From Eledone cirrhosa (Eukaryota): DNA of 64,000 bases. The position numbers were made by a program, and so were the translations under genes. The DNA is taken from NCBI GenBank assembly GCA_964016885.1, contig OZ024742.1, forward strand, positions 349,184,001-349,248,000. The letters run 5' to 3'. Below are positions 30,001 through 45,000 of this stretch, piece after piece. How positions within the stretch are numbered: position 1 is the first letter of the stretch; the number at the start of each line of letters is the position of its first letter. The notes under the pieces were generated by a model. It was not told the origin of the DNA, did no database searches, and was given only the letters and a program-made list of their open reading frames with translations.

Positions 30001-33000
30001 TAACTGTTATCACAGTTGTCTATTTCAGTATATAACTAAGATATCTTTGGTGTGACTGTTATCACAGTTGTCTATTTCAGTATATAACTAAGATATCTAT
30101 GGTGCGACTGTTATCTCAGTTGTCTATTTCAATAACTAAGATATCTTTGGTGTGACTGTTATCACAGTTATCTATTTCAATAACAAGATATCTCTGGTGT
30201 AACTGTTATCACAGTTGTCTATTTCAGTATATAACTAAGATATCTTTGGTGTGACTGTTATCACAGTTGTCTATTTCAGTATATAACTAAGATATCTTTG
30301 GTGTAACTGTTATCACAGGTGTCTATTTCGGTACTAAGATATCTTTGGTGTGACTGTTATCACAGGTGTCTATTTCAGTATATAACTAAGATATATTTGG
30401 TGTAACTGTTATCACAGGTGTCTATTTCAGTATATAACTAAGATATCTTTGGTGTAACTGTTATCACAGTTGTCTATTTCAATAACTAAGATATCTTTGG
30501 TGTAACTGTTATCACAGGTGTCTATTTCAGTATATAACTAAGATATCTTTGGTGTAACTGTTATCCCAGTTGTCTATTTCAATAACTAAGATACCTTTGG
30601 TGTAACTGTTATCACAGTTGTCTATTTCAATAACTAAGATATCTTTGGTGTGACTGTTATCACAGTTCTCTATTTCAATAACTAAGATATCTTTGGTGTG
30701 ACTGTTATCACAGTTGTCTATTTCAATATCTAAGATGTCTTTGGTGTGACTGTTATCACGGTTATCTATTTCAATAACTAAGATATCTTTGGTGTGACTG
30801 TTATCACAGTTGTCTATTTCAGTATATAACTAAGATATCTTTGGTGTGACTGTCATCACAGTTGTCTATTTCAATAACTAAGATATCTTTGGTGTGACTG
30901 TTATCACAGTTGTCTATTTCAGTATATAACTAAGATATCTTTGGTGTGACTGTTATCACAGTTGTCTATTTCAGTATATAACTAAGATATCTTTGGTGTA
31001 ACTGTTATCACAGTTATCTATTTCAATAACTAAGATATCTTTGGTGTGACTGTTATCACAGTTGTCTATTTCAGTATATAACTAAGATATCTTTGGTGTG
31101 ACTGTTATCACAGGTGTCTATTTCAGTATATAACTAAGATATCTTTGGTGTGACTGTTATCAGAGGTGTCTATTTCAATAACTAAGATATATTTGGTGTA
31201 ACTGTTATCACAGTTGTCTATTTCAGTATATAACTAAGATATCTTTGGTGTGACTGTTATCACAGTTGTCTATTTCAGTATATAACTAAGATATCTTTGG
31301 TGTGACTGTTATCACAGTTGTCTATTTCAGTATATAACTAATATATCTTTGGTGTGACTGTTATCACAGTTGTCTATTTCAGAATATAACTAAGATATCT
31401 TTGGTGTAACTTTTATCACAGTTGTCTATTTCAATAACTAAGATATCTTTGGTGTAACTGTTATTACAGTTGTCGATTTCAATAACTAAGATATCTTTGG
31501 TGTGACTGTTATCACAGTTGTCTATTTCAATAACTAAGATATCTTTGGTGTTACTGTTATCACAGTTGTCTATTTCAATAACTAAGATATCTTTGGTGTA
31601 ACTGTTATCACAGTTGTCTATTTCAGTATATAACTAAGATATCTTTGGTGTGACTGTTATCACAGTTGTCTATTTCAGTATATAACTAAGATATCTTTGG
31701 TGTAACTGTTATCACAGGTGTCTATTTCAATAACTAAGATATCTTTGGTGTAACTGTTATCACAGTTGTCTATTTCAATAACTAAGATATCTTTGGTGTA
31801 ACTGTTATCACAGTTCTCTATTTCAATAACTAAGATATCTTTGGTGTGACTGTTATCACAGTTGTCTATTTCAGTATATAACTAAGATATCTTTGGTGTG
31901 ACTGTTATCACAGTTGTCTATTTCAATAACTAAGATATCTTTGGTGTGACTGTTATCACAGTTGTCTATTTCAGTATATAACTAAGATATCTTTGGTGTG
32001 ACTGTTATTACAGTTGTCTATTTCAATATCTAAGATATCTTTGGTGTGACTGTTTTCACAGTTGTCTATTTCAGTATATAACTAAGATATCTTTGGTGTA
32101 ACTGTTATCACAGTTGTCTATTTCAATAACGAAGATATCTTTGGTGTGACTGTTATCACAGTTCTCTATTTCAATAACTAAGATATCTTTGGTGTAACTG
32201 TTATCACAGTTGTCTATTTCAGTATATAACTAAGATATCTTTGGTGTGACTGTTATCACAGTTGTCTATTTCAGTATATAACTAAGATATCTTTGGTGTG
32301 ACTGTTATCACAGTTGTCTATTTCAGTATATAACTAATATATCTTTGGTGTGACTGTTATCACAGTTGTCTATTTCAGTATATAACTAAGATATCTTTGG
32401 TGTAACTTTTATCACAGTTGTCTATTTCAATAACTAAGATATCTTTGGTGTAACTGTTATCACAGTTGTCTATTTCAGTATATAACTAAGATATCTTTGG
32501 TGTGACTGTTATCACAGTTGTCTATTTCAGTATATAACTAAGATATCTATGGTGCGACTGTTATCTCAGTTGTCTATTTCAATAACTAAGATATCTATGG
32601 TGTGACTGTTATCACAGTTATCTATTTCAATAACAAGATATCTCTGGTGTAACTGTTATCACAGTTGTCTATTTCAGTATATAACTAAGATATCTTTGGT
32701 GTGACTGTTATCACAGTTGTCTATTTCAGTATATAACTAAGATATCTTTGGTGTAACTGTTATCACAGGTGTCTATTTCGGTACTAAGATATCTTTGGTG
32801 TGACTGTTATCACAGGTGTCTATTTCAGTATATAACTAAGATATATTTGGTGTAACTGTTATCACAGGTGTCTATTTCAGTATATAACTAAGATATCTTT
32901 GGTGTAACTGTTATCACAGTTGTCTATTTCAATAACTAAGATATCTTTGGTGTAACTGTTATCACAGGTGTCTATTTCAGTATATAACTAAGATATCTTT

Positions 33001-36000
33001 GGTGTAACTGTTATCCCAGTTGTCTATTTCAATAACTAAGATACCTTTGGTGTAACTGTTATCACAGGTGTCTATTTCAATAACTAAGATATCTTTGGTG
33101 TAACTGTTATCACAGTTGTCTATTTCAATAACTAAGATATCTTTGGTGTAACTGTTATCACAGTTGTCTATTTCAATAACTAAGATAGCTTCGGTGTAAC
33201 TGTTATCAGAGGTGTCTATTTCAGTATATAACTAAGATATCTTTGGTGTAACTCTTATCACAGGTCTCTATTTCAGTATATAACTAAGATATCTTTGGTG
33301 TAACTGTTATCACAGGTGTCTATTTCAATAACTAAGATATCTTTGGTGTAACTGTTATCACAGTTGTCTATTTCAATAACTAAGATATCTTTGGTGTAAC
33401 TGTTATCACAGTTCTCTATTTCAATAACTAAGATATCTTTGGTGTGACTGTTATCACAGTTGTCTATTTCAGTATATAACTAAGATATCTTTGGTGTGAC
33501 TGTTATCACAGTTGTCTATTTCAATAACTAAGATATCTTTGGTGTGACTGTTATCACAGTTGTCTATTTCAGTATATAACTAAGATATCTTTGGTGTGAC
33601 TGTTATTACAGTTGTCTATTTCAATATCTAAGATATCTTTGGTGTGACTGTTTTCACAGTTGTCTATTTCAGTATATAACTAAGATATCTTTGGTGTAAC
33701 TGTTATCACAGTTGTCTATTTCAATAACGAAGATATCTTTGGTGTGACTGTTATCACAGTTCTCTATTTCAATAACTAAGATATCTTTGGTGTAACTGTT
33801 ATCACAGTTGTCTATTTCAGTATATAACTAAGATATCTTTGGTGTGACTGTTATCACAGTTGTCTATTTCAGTATATAACTAAGATATCTTTGGTGTGAC
33901 TGTTATCACAGTTGTCTATTTCAGTATATAACTAATATATCTTTGGTGTGACTGTTATCACAGTTGTCTATTTCAGTATATAACTAAGATATCTTTGGTG
34001 TAACTTTTATCACAGTTGTCTATTTCAATAACTAAGATATCTTTGGTGTAACTGTTATCACAGTTGTCTATTTCAGTATATAACTAAGATATCTTTGGTG
34101 TGACTGTTATCACAGTTGTCTATTTCAGTATATAACTAAGATATCTATGGTGCGACTGTTATCTCAGTTGTCTATTTCAATAACTAAGATATCTATGGTG
34201 TGACTGTTATCACAGTTATCTATTTCAATAACAAGATATCTCTGGTGTAACTGTTATCACAGTTGTCTATTTCAGTATATAACTAAGATATCTTTGGTGT
34301 GACTGTTATCACAGTTGTCTATTTCAGTATATAACTAAGATATCTTTGGTGTAACTGTTATCACAGGTGTCTATTTCGGTACTAAGATATCTTTGGTGTG
34401 ACTGTTATCACAGGTGTCTATTTCAGTATATAACTAAGATATATTTGGTGTAACTGTTATCACAGGTGTCTATTTCAGTATATAACTAAGATATCTTTGG
34501 TGTAACTGTTATCACAGTTGTCTATTTCAATAACTAAGATATCTTTGGTGTAACTGTTATCACAGGTGTCTATTTCAGTATATAACTAAGATATCTTTGG
34601 TGTAACTGTTATCCCAGTTGTCTATTTCAATAACTAAGATACCTTTGGTGTAACTGTTATCACAGGTGTCTATTTCAATAACTAAGATATCTTTGGTGTA
34701 ACTGTTATCACAGTTGTCTATTTCAATAACTAAGATATCTTTGGTGTAACTGTTATCACAGTTGTCTATTTCAGTATATAACTAAGATATCTTTGGTGTG
34801 ACTGTTATCACAGTTGTCTATTTCAGTATATAACTAAGATATCTTTGGTGTGACTGTTATCACAGTTGTCTATTTCAGTATATAACTAATATATCTTTGG
34901 TGTGACTGTTATCACAGTTGTCTATTTCAGTATATAACTAAGATATCTTTGGTGTAACTTTTATCACAGTTGTCTATTTCAATAACTAAGATATCTTTGG
35001 TGTAACTGTTATCACAGTTGTCTATTTCAGTATATAACTAAGATATCTTTGGTGTGACTGTTATCACAGTTGTCTATTTCAGTATATAACTAAGATATCT
35101 ATGGTGCGACTGTTATCTCAGTTGTCTATTTCAATAACTAAGATATCTTTGGTGTGACTGTTATCACAGTTATCTATTTCAATAACAAGATATCTCTGGT
35201 GTAACTGTTATCACAGTTGTCTATTTCAGTATATAACTAAGATATCTTTGGTGTGACTGTTATCACAGTTGTTTATTTCAGTATATAACTAAGATATCTT
35301 TGGTGTAACTGTTATCACAGGTGTCTATTTCGGTACTAAGATATCTTTGGTGTGACTGTTATCACAGGTGTCTATTTCAGTATATAACTAAGATATATTT
35401 GGTGTAACTGTTATCACAGGTGTCTATTTCAGTATATAACTAAGATATCTTTGGTGTAACTGTTATCACAGTTGTCTATTTCAATAACTAAGATATCTTT
35501 GGTGTAACTGTTATCACAGGTGTCTATTTCAGTATATAACTAAGATATCGTTGGTGTAACTGTTATCCCAGTTGTCTATTTCAATAACTAAGATACCTTT
35601 GGTGTAACTGTTATCACAGGTGTCTATTTCAATAACTAAGATATCTTTGGTGTAACTGTTATCACAGTTGTCTATTTCAATAACTAAGATATCTTTGGTG
35701 TAACTGTTATCACAGTTGTCTATTTCAATAACTAAGATATCTTCGGTGTAACTGTTATCAGAGGTGTCTATTTCAGTATATAACTAAGATATCTTTGGTG
35801 TAACTCTTATCACAGGTCTCTATTTCAGTATATAACTAAGATATCTTTGGTGTAACTGTTATCACAGGTGTCTATTTCAATAACTAAGATATCTTTGGTG
35901 TAACTGTTATCACAGTTGTCTATTTCAATAACTAAGATATCTTTGGTGTAACTGTTATCACAGTTCTCTATTTCAATAACTAAGATATCTTTGGTGTGAC

Positions 36001-39000
36001 TGTTATCACAGTTGTCTATTTCAGTATATAACTAAGATATCTTTGGTGTGACTGTTATCACAGTTGTCTATTTCAATAACTAAGATATCTTTGGTGTGAC
36101 TATTATCACAGTTGTCTATTTCAGTATATAACTAAGATATCTTTGGTGTGACTGTTATTACAGTTGTCTATTTCAATATCTAAGATATCTTTGGTGTGAC
36201 TGTTTTCACAGTTGTCTATTTCAGTATATAACTAAGATATCTTTGGTGTAACTGTTATCACAGTTGTCTATTTCAATAACGAAGATATCTTTGGTGTGAC
36301 TGTTATCACAGTTGTCTATTTCAGTATATAACTAAGATATCTTTGGTGTGACTGTTATCACAGTTGTCTATTTCAGTATATAACTAAGATATCTTTGGTG
36401 TAACTGTTATCACAGTTATCTATTTCAATAACTAAGATATCTTTGGTGTGACTGTTATCACAGTTGTCTATTTCAGTATATAACTAAGATATCTTTGGTG
36501 TGACTGTTATCACAGGTGTCTATTTCAGTATATAACTAAGATATCTTTGGTGTGACTGTTATCACAGGTGTCTATTTCAATAACTAAGATATCTTTGGTG
36601 TAACTGTTATCACAGTTGTCTATTTCAGTATATAACTAAGATATCTTTGGTGTGACTGTTATCACAGTTGTCTATTTCAGTATATAACTAAGATAGCTTT
36701 GGTGTGACTGTTATCACAGTTGTCTATTTCAGTATATAACTAATATATCTTTGGTGTGACTGTTATCACAGTTGTCTATTTCAGTATATAACTAAGATAT
36801 CTTTGGTGTAACTTATATCACAGTTGTCTATTTCAATAACTAAGATATCTTTGGTGTAACTGTTATTACAGTTGTCTATTTCAATAACTAAGATATCTTT
36901 GGTGTGACTGTTATCACAGTTGTCTATTTCAATAACTAAGATATCTTTGGTGTAACTGTTATGACAGTTGTCTATTTCAATAACTAAGATATCTTTGGTG
37001 TAACTGTTATCACAGTTGTCTATTTCAGTATATAACTAAGATATCTTTGGTGTGACTGTTATCACAGTTGTCTATTTCAGTATATAACTAAGATATCTAT
37101 GGTGCGACTGTTATCTCAGTTGTCTATTTCAATAACTAAGATATCTTTGGTGTGACTGTTATCACAGTTATCTATTTCAATAACAAGATATCTCTGGTGT
37201 AACTGTTATCACAGTTGTCTATTTCAGTATATAACTAAGATATCTTTGGTGTCACTGTTATCACAGTTGTCTATTTCAGTATATAACTAAGATATCTTTG
37301 GTGTAACTGTTATCACAGGTGTCTATTTCGGTACTAAGATATCTTTGGTGTGACTGTTATCACAGGTGTCTATTTCAGTATATAACTAAGATATATTTGG
37401 TGTAACTGTTATCACAGGTGTCTATTTCAGTATATAACTAAGATATATTTGGTGTAACTGTTATCACAGTTGTCTATTTCAATAACTAAGATATCTTTGG
37501 TGTAACTGTTATCACAGGTGTCTATTTCAGTATATAACTAAGATATCTTTGGTGTAACTGTTATCCCAGTTGTCTATTTCAATAACTAAGATATCTTTGG
37601 TGTGACTGTTATCACAGTTCTCTATTTCAATAACTAAGATATCTTTGGTGTGACTGTTATCACAGTTGTCTATTTCAATATCTAAGATATCTTTGGTGTG
37701 ACTGTTATCACGGTTATCTATTTCAATAACTAAGATATCTTTGGTGTGACTGTTATCACAGTTGTCTATTTCAGTATATAACTAAGAGATCTTTGGTGTG
37801 ACTGTCATCACAGTTGTCTATTTCAATAACTAAGATATCTTTGGTGTGACTGTTATCACAGTTCTCTATTTCAATAACTAAGATATCTTTGGTGTGACTG
37901 TTATCACAGTTGTCTATTTCAGTATATAACTAAGATATCTTTGGTGTGACTGTTATCACAGTTGCCTATTTCACTATATAACTAAGATATCTTTGGTGTA
38001 ACTGTTATCACAGTTACCTATTTCAATAACTAAGATATCTTTGGTGTGACTGTTATCACAGTTGTCTATTTCAGTATATAACTAAGATATCTTTGGTGTA
38101 ACTGCTATCACAGTTGTCTATTTCAATAACGAAGATATCTTTGGTGTGACTGTTATCACAGTTGTCTATTTCAGTATATAACTAAGATATCTTTGGTGTG
38201 ACTGTTATCACAGTTGTCTATTTCAGTATATAACTAAGATATCTTTGGTGTAACTGTTATCACAGTTATCTATTTCAATAACTAAGATATCTTTGGTGTG
38301 ACTGTTATCACAGTTGTCTATTTCAGTATATAACTAAGATATCTTTGGTGTGACTGTTATCACAGGTGTCTATTTCAGTATATAACTAAGATATCTTTGG
38401 TGTGACTGTTATCAGAGGTGTCTATTTCAATAACTAAGATATATTTGGTGTAACTGTTATCACAGTTGTCTATTTCAGTATATAACTAAGATATCTTTGG
38501 TGTGACTGTTATCACAGTTGTCTATTTCAGTATATAACTAAGATATCTTTGGTGTGACTGTTATCACAGTTGTCTATTTCAGTATATAACTGAGATATCT
38601 TTGGTGTGACTGTTATCACAGTTGTCTATTTCAGTATATAACTAATATATCTTTGGTGTGACTGTTATCACAGTTGTCTATTTCAGTATATAACTAAGAT
38701 ATCTTTGGTGTAACTTTTATCACAGTTGTCTATTTCAATAACTAAGATATCTTTGGTGTAACTGTTATTACAGTTGTCTATTTCAATAACTAAGATATCT
38801 TTGGTGTGACTGTTATCACAGTTGTCTATTTCAATAACTAAGATATCTTTGGTGTAACTGTTATCACAGTTGTCTATTTCAATAACTAAGATATCTTTGG
38901 TGTAACTGTTATCACAGTTGTCTATTTCAGTATATAACTAAGATATCTTTGGTGTGACTGTTATCACAGTTGTCTATTTCAGTATATAACTAAGATATCT

Positions 39001-42000
39001 ATGGTGCGACTGTTATCTCAGTTGTCTATTTCAATAACTAAGATATCTTTTGTGTGACTGTTATCACAGTTATCTATTTCAATAACAAGATATCTCTGGT
39101 GTAACTGTTATCACAGTTGTCTATTTCAGTATATAACTAAGATATCTTTGGTGTGACTGTTATCACAGTTGTCTATTTCAGTATATAACTAAGATATCTT
39201 TGGTGTAACTGTTATCACAGGTGTCTATTTCGGTACTAAGATATCTTTGGTGTGACTGTTATCACAGGTGTCTATTTCAGTATATAACTAAGATATATTT
39301 GGTGTAACTGTTATCACAGGTGTCTATTTCAGTATATAACTAAGATATCTTTGGTGTAACTGTTATCACAGTTGTCTATTTCAATAACTAAGATATCTTT
39401 GGTGTAACTGTTATCACAAGTGTCTATTTCAGTATATAACTAAGATATCTTTGGTGTAACTGTTATCCCAGTTGTCTATTTCAATAACTAAGATACCTTT
39501 GTTGTAACTGTTATCACAGTTGTCTATTTCAATAACTAAGATATCTTTGGTGTGACTGTTATCACAGTTCTCTATTTCAATAACTAAGATATCTTTGGTG
39601 TGACTGTTATCACAGTTGTCTATTTCAATATCTAAGATATCTTTGGTGTGACTGTTATCACGGTTATCTATTTCAATAACTAAGATATCTTTGGTGTGAC
39701 TGTTATCACAGTTGTCTATTTCAGTATATAACTAAGATATCTTTGGTGTGACTGTCATCACAGTTGTCTATTTCAATAACTAAGATATCTTTGGTGTGAC
39801 TGTTATCACAGTTCTCTATTTCAATAACTAAGATATCTTTGGTGTGACTGTTATCACAGTTGTCTATTTCAGTATATAACTAAGATATCTTTGGTGTGAC
39901 TGTTATCACAGTTGCCTATTTCAGTATATAACTAAGATATCTTTGGTGTAACTGTTATCACAGTTACCTATTTCAATAACTAAGATATCTTTGGTGTGAC
40001 TGTTATCACAGTTGTCTATTTCAGTATATAACTAAGATATCTTTGGTGTGACTGTTATCACAGTTGTCTATTTCAGTATATAACTAAGATATCTTTGGTG
40101 TGACTGTTATCACAGTTATCTATTTCAGTATATAACTAAGATATCTTTGGTGTGACTGTTATCACAGTTGTCTATTTCAGTATATAACTAAGATATCTTT
40201 GGTGTAACTGTTATCACAGTTGTCTATTTCAATAACTAAGATATCTTTGGTGTGACTGTTATCACAGTTATCTATTTCAATAACTAAGATATCTTTGGTG
40301 TGACTGTTATCACAGTTGTCTATTTCAATATCTAAGATATCTTTGGTGTGACTGTTATCACAGTTATCTATTTCAATAACTAAGATATATTTGGTGTGAC
40401 TGTTATCACAGTTGTCTATTTCAGTATATAACTAAGATATCTTTGGTGTGACTGTTATCACAGTTCTCTATTTCAATAACTAAGATATCTTTGGTGTGAC
40501 TGTTATCACAGTTGTCTATTTCAGTATATAACTAAGATATCTTTGGTGTGACTGTTATCACAGTTGTCTATTTCAATAACTAAGATATCTTTGGTGTGAC
40601 TGTTATCACAGTTGTCTATTTCAGTATATAACTAAGATATCTTTGGTGTGACTGTTATTACAGTTGTCTATTTCAATATCTAAGATATCTTTGGTGTGAC
40701 TGTTTTCACAGTTGTCTATTTCAGTATATAACTAAGATATCTTTGGTGTAACTGCTATCACAGTTGTCTATTTCAATAACGAAGATATCTTTGGTGTGAC
40801 TGTTATCACAGTTGTCTATTTCAGTATATAACTAAGATATCTTTGGTGTGACTGTTATCACAGTTGTCTATTTCAATAACTAAGATATCTTTGGTGTGAC
40901 TGTTATCACAGTTGTCTATTTCAGTATATAACTAAGATATCTTTGGTGTGACTGTTATTACAGTTGTCTATTTCAATATCTAAGATATCTTTGGTGTGAC
41001 TGTTTCCACAGTTGTCTATTTCAGTATATAACTAAGATATCTTTGGTGTAACTGCTATCACAGTTGTCTATTTCAATAACGAAGATATCTTTGGTGTGAC
41101 TGTTATCACAGTTGTCTATTTCAGTATATAACTAAGATATCTTTGGTGTGACTGTTATCACAGTTGTCTATTTCAGTATATAACTAAGATATCTTTGGTG
41201 TAACTGTTATCACAGTTATCTATTTCAATAACTAAGATATCTTTGGTGTGACTGTTATCACAGTTGTCTATTTCAGTATATAACTAAGATATCTTTGGTG
41301 TGACTGTTATCACAGGTGTCTATTTCAGTATATAACTAAGATATCTTTGGTGTGACTGTTATCAGAGGTGTCTATTTCAATAACTAAGATATATTTGGTG
41401 TAACTGTTATCACAGTTGTCTATTTCAGTATATAACTAAGATATCTTTGGTGTGACTGTTATCACAGTTGTCTATTTCAGTATATAACTAAGATATCTTT
41501 GGTGTGACTGTTATCACAGTTGTCTATTTCAGTATATAACTAAGATATCTTTGGTGTGACTGTTATCACAGTTGTCTATTTCAGTATATAACTAATATAT
41601 CTTTGGTGTGACTGTTATCACAGTTGTCTATTTCAGTATATAACTAAGATATCTTTGGTGTAACTTTTATCACAGTTGTCTATTTCAATAACTAAGATAT
41701 CTTTGGTGTAACTGTTATTACAGTTGTCTATTTCAATAACTAAGATATCTTTGGTGTGACTGTTATCACAGTTGTCTATTTCAATAACTAAGATATCTTT
41801 GGTGTAACTGTTATCACAGTTGTCTATTTCAATAACTAAGATATCTTTGGTGTAACTGTTATCACAGTTGTCTATTTCAGTATATAACTAAGATATCTTT
41901 GGTGTGACTGTTATCACAGTTGTCTATTTCAGTATATAACTAAGATATCTATGGTGCGACTGTTATCTCAGTTGTCTATTTCAATAACTAAGATATCTTT

Positions 42001-45000
42001 GGTATGACTGTTATCACAGTTATCTATTTCAATAACAAGATATCTCTGGTGTAACTGTTATCACAGCTGTCTATTTCAGTATATAACTAAGATATCTTTG
42101 GTGTGACTGTTATCACAGTTGTCTATTTCAGTATATAACTAAGATATCTTTGGTGTAACTGTTATCACAGGTGTCTATTTCGGTACTAAGATATCTTTGG
42201 TGTGACTGTTATCACAGGTGTCTATTTCAGTATATAACTAAGATATATTTGGTGTAACTGTTATCACAGGTGTCTATTTCAGTATATAACTAAGATATCT
42301 TTGGTGTAACTGTTATCACAGTTGTCTATTTCAATAACTAAGATATCTTTGGTGTAACTGTTATCACAGGTGTCTATTTCAGTATATAACTAAGATATCT
42401 TTGGTGTAACTGTTATCCCAGTTGTCTATTTCAATAACTAAGATACCTTTGGTGTAACTGTTATCACAGTTGTCTATTTCAATAACTAAGATATCTTTGG
42501 TGTGACTGTTATCACAGTTCTCTATTTCAATAACTAAGATATCTTTGGTGTGACTGTTATCACAGTTGTCTATTTCAATATCTAAGATATCTTTGGTGTG
42601 ACTGTTATCACGGTTATCTATTTCAATAACTAAGATATCTTTGGTGTGACTGTTATCACAGTTGTCTATTTCAGTATATAACTAAGATATCTTTGGTGTG
42701 ACTGTTATCACAGTTGTCTATTTCAGTATATAACTAAGATATCTTTGGTGTGACTGTTATCACAGTTATCTATTTCAGTATATAACTAAGATATCTTTGG
42801 TGTAACTGTTATCACAGTTGTCTATTTCAATAACTAAGATATCTTTGGTGTAACTGTTATCACAGGTGTCTATTTCAGTATATAACTAAGATATCTTTGG
42901 TGTGACTGTCATCACAGTTGTCTATTTCAATAACTAAGATATCTTTGGTGTGACTGTTATCACAGTTCTCTATTTCAATAACTAAGATATCTTTGGTGTG
43001 ACTGTTATCACAGTTGTCTATTTCAGTATATAACTAAGATATCTTTGGTGTGACTGTTATCACAGTTGCCTATTTCAGTATATAACTAAGATATCTTTGG
43101 TGTAACTGTTATCACAGTTACCTATTTCAATAACTAAGATATCTTTGGTGTGACTGTTATCACAGTTGTCTATTTCAGTATATAACTAAGATATCTTTGG
43201 TGTGACTGTTATCACAGTTGTCTATTTCAGTATATAACTAAGATATCTTTGGTGTGACTGTTATCACAGTTATCTATTTCAGTATATAACTAAGATATCT
43301 TTGGTGTGACTGTTATCACAGTTGTCTATTTCAGTATATAACTAAGATATCTTTGGTGTAACTGTTATCACAGTTGTCTATTTCAATAACTAAGATATCT
43401 TTGGTGTGACTGTTATCACAGTTATCTATTTCAATAACTAAGATATCTTTGGTGTGACTGTTATCACAGTTGTCTATTTCAATAACTAAGATATCTTTGG
43501 TGTGACTGTTATCACAGTTCTCTATTTCAATAACTAAGATATCTTTGGTGTGACTGTTATCACAGTTGTCTATTTCAATATCTAAGATATCTTTGGTGTG
43601 ACTGTTATCACAGTTATCTATTTCAATAAGTAAGATATATTTGGTGTGACTGTTATCACAGTTGTCTATTTCAGTATATAACTAAGATATCTTTGGTGTG
43701 ACTGTTATCACAGTTCTCTATTTCAATAACTAAGATATCTTTGGTGTGACTGTTATCACAGTTGTCTATTTCAGTATATAACTAAGATATCTTTGGTGTG
43801 ACTGTTATCACAGTTGTCTATTTCAATAACTAAGATATCTTTGGTGTGACTGTTATCACAGTTGTCTATTTCAGTATATAACTAAGATATCTTTGGTGTG
43901 ACTGTTATTACAGTTGTCTATTTCAATATCTAAGATATCTTTGGTGTGACTGCTTTCACAGTTGTCTATTTCAGTATATAACTAAGATATCTTTGGTGTA
44001 ACTGCTATCACAGTTGTCTATTTCAATAACGAAGATATCTTTGGTGTGACTGTTATCACAGTTGTCTATTTCAGTATATAACTAAGATATCTTTGGTGTG
44101 ACTGTTATCACAGTTGTCTATTTCAGTATATAACTAAGATATCTTTGGTGTAACTGTTATCACAGTTATCTATTTCAATAACTAAGATATCTTTGGTGTG
44201 ACTGTTATCACAGTTGTCTATTTCAGTATATAACTAAGATATCTTTGGTGTGACTGTTATCACAGGTGTCTATTTCAGTATATAACTAAGATATCTTTGG
44301 TGTGACTGTTATCAGAGGTGTCTATTTCAATAACTAAGATATATTTGGTGTAACTGTTATCACAGTTGTCTATTTCAGTATATAACTAAGATATCTTTGG
44401 TGTGACTGTTATCACAGTTGTCTATTTCAGTATATAACTAAGATATCTTTGGTGTGACTGTTATCACAGTTGTCTATTTCAGTATATAACTAATATATCT
44501 TTGGTGTGACTGTTATCACAGTTGTCTATTTCAGTATATAACTAAGATATCTTTGGTGTAACTTTTATCACAGTTGTCTATTTCAATAACTAAGATATCT
44601 TTGGTGTAACTGTTATTACAGTTGTCTATTTCAATAACTAAGATATCTTTGGTGTGACTGTTATCACAGTTGTCTATTTCAATAACTAAGATATCTTTGG
44701 TGTAACTGTTATCACAGTTGTCTATTTCAATAACTAAGATATCTTTGGTGTAACTGTTATTACAGTTGTCTATTTCAATAACTAAGATATCTTTGGTGTG
44801 ACTGTTATCACAGTTATCTATTTCAATAACAAGATATCTCTGGTGTAACTGTTATCACAGTTGTCTATTTCAGTATATAACTAATATATCTTTGGTGTGA
44901 CTGTTATCACAGTTGTCTATTTCAGTATATAACTAAGATATCTTTGGTGTAACTTTTATCACAGTTGTCTATTTCAATAACTAAGATATATTTGGTGTAA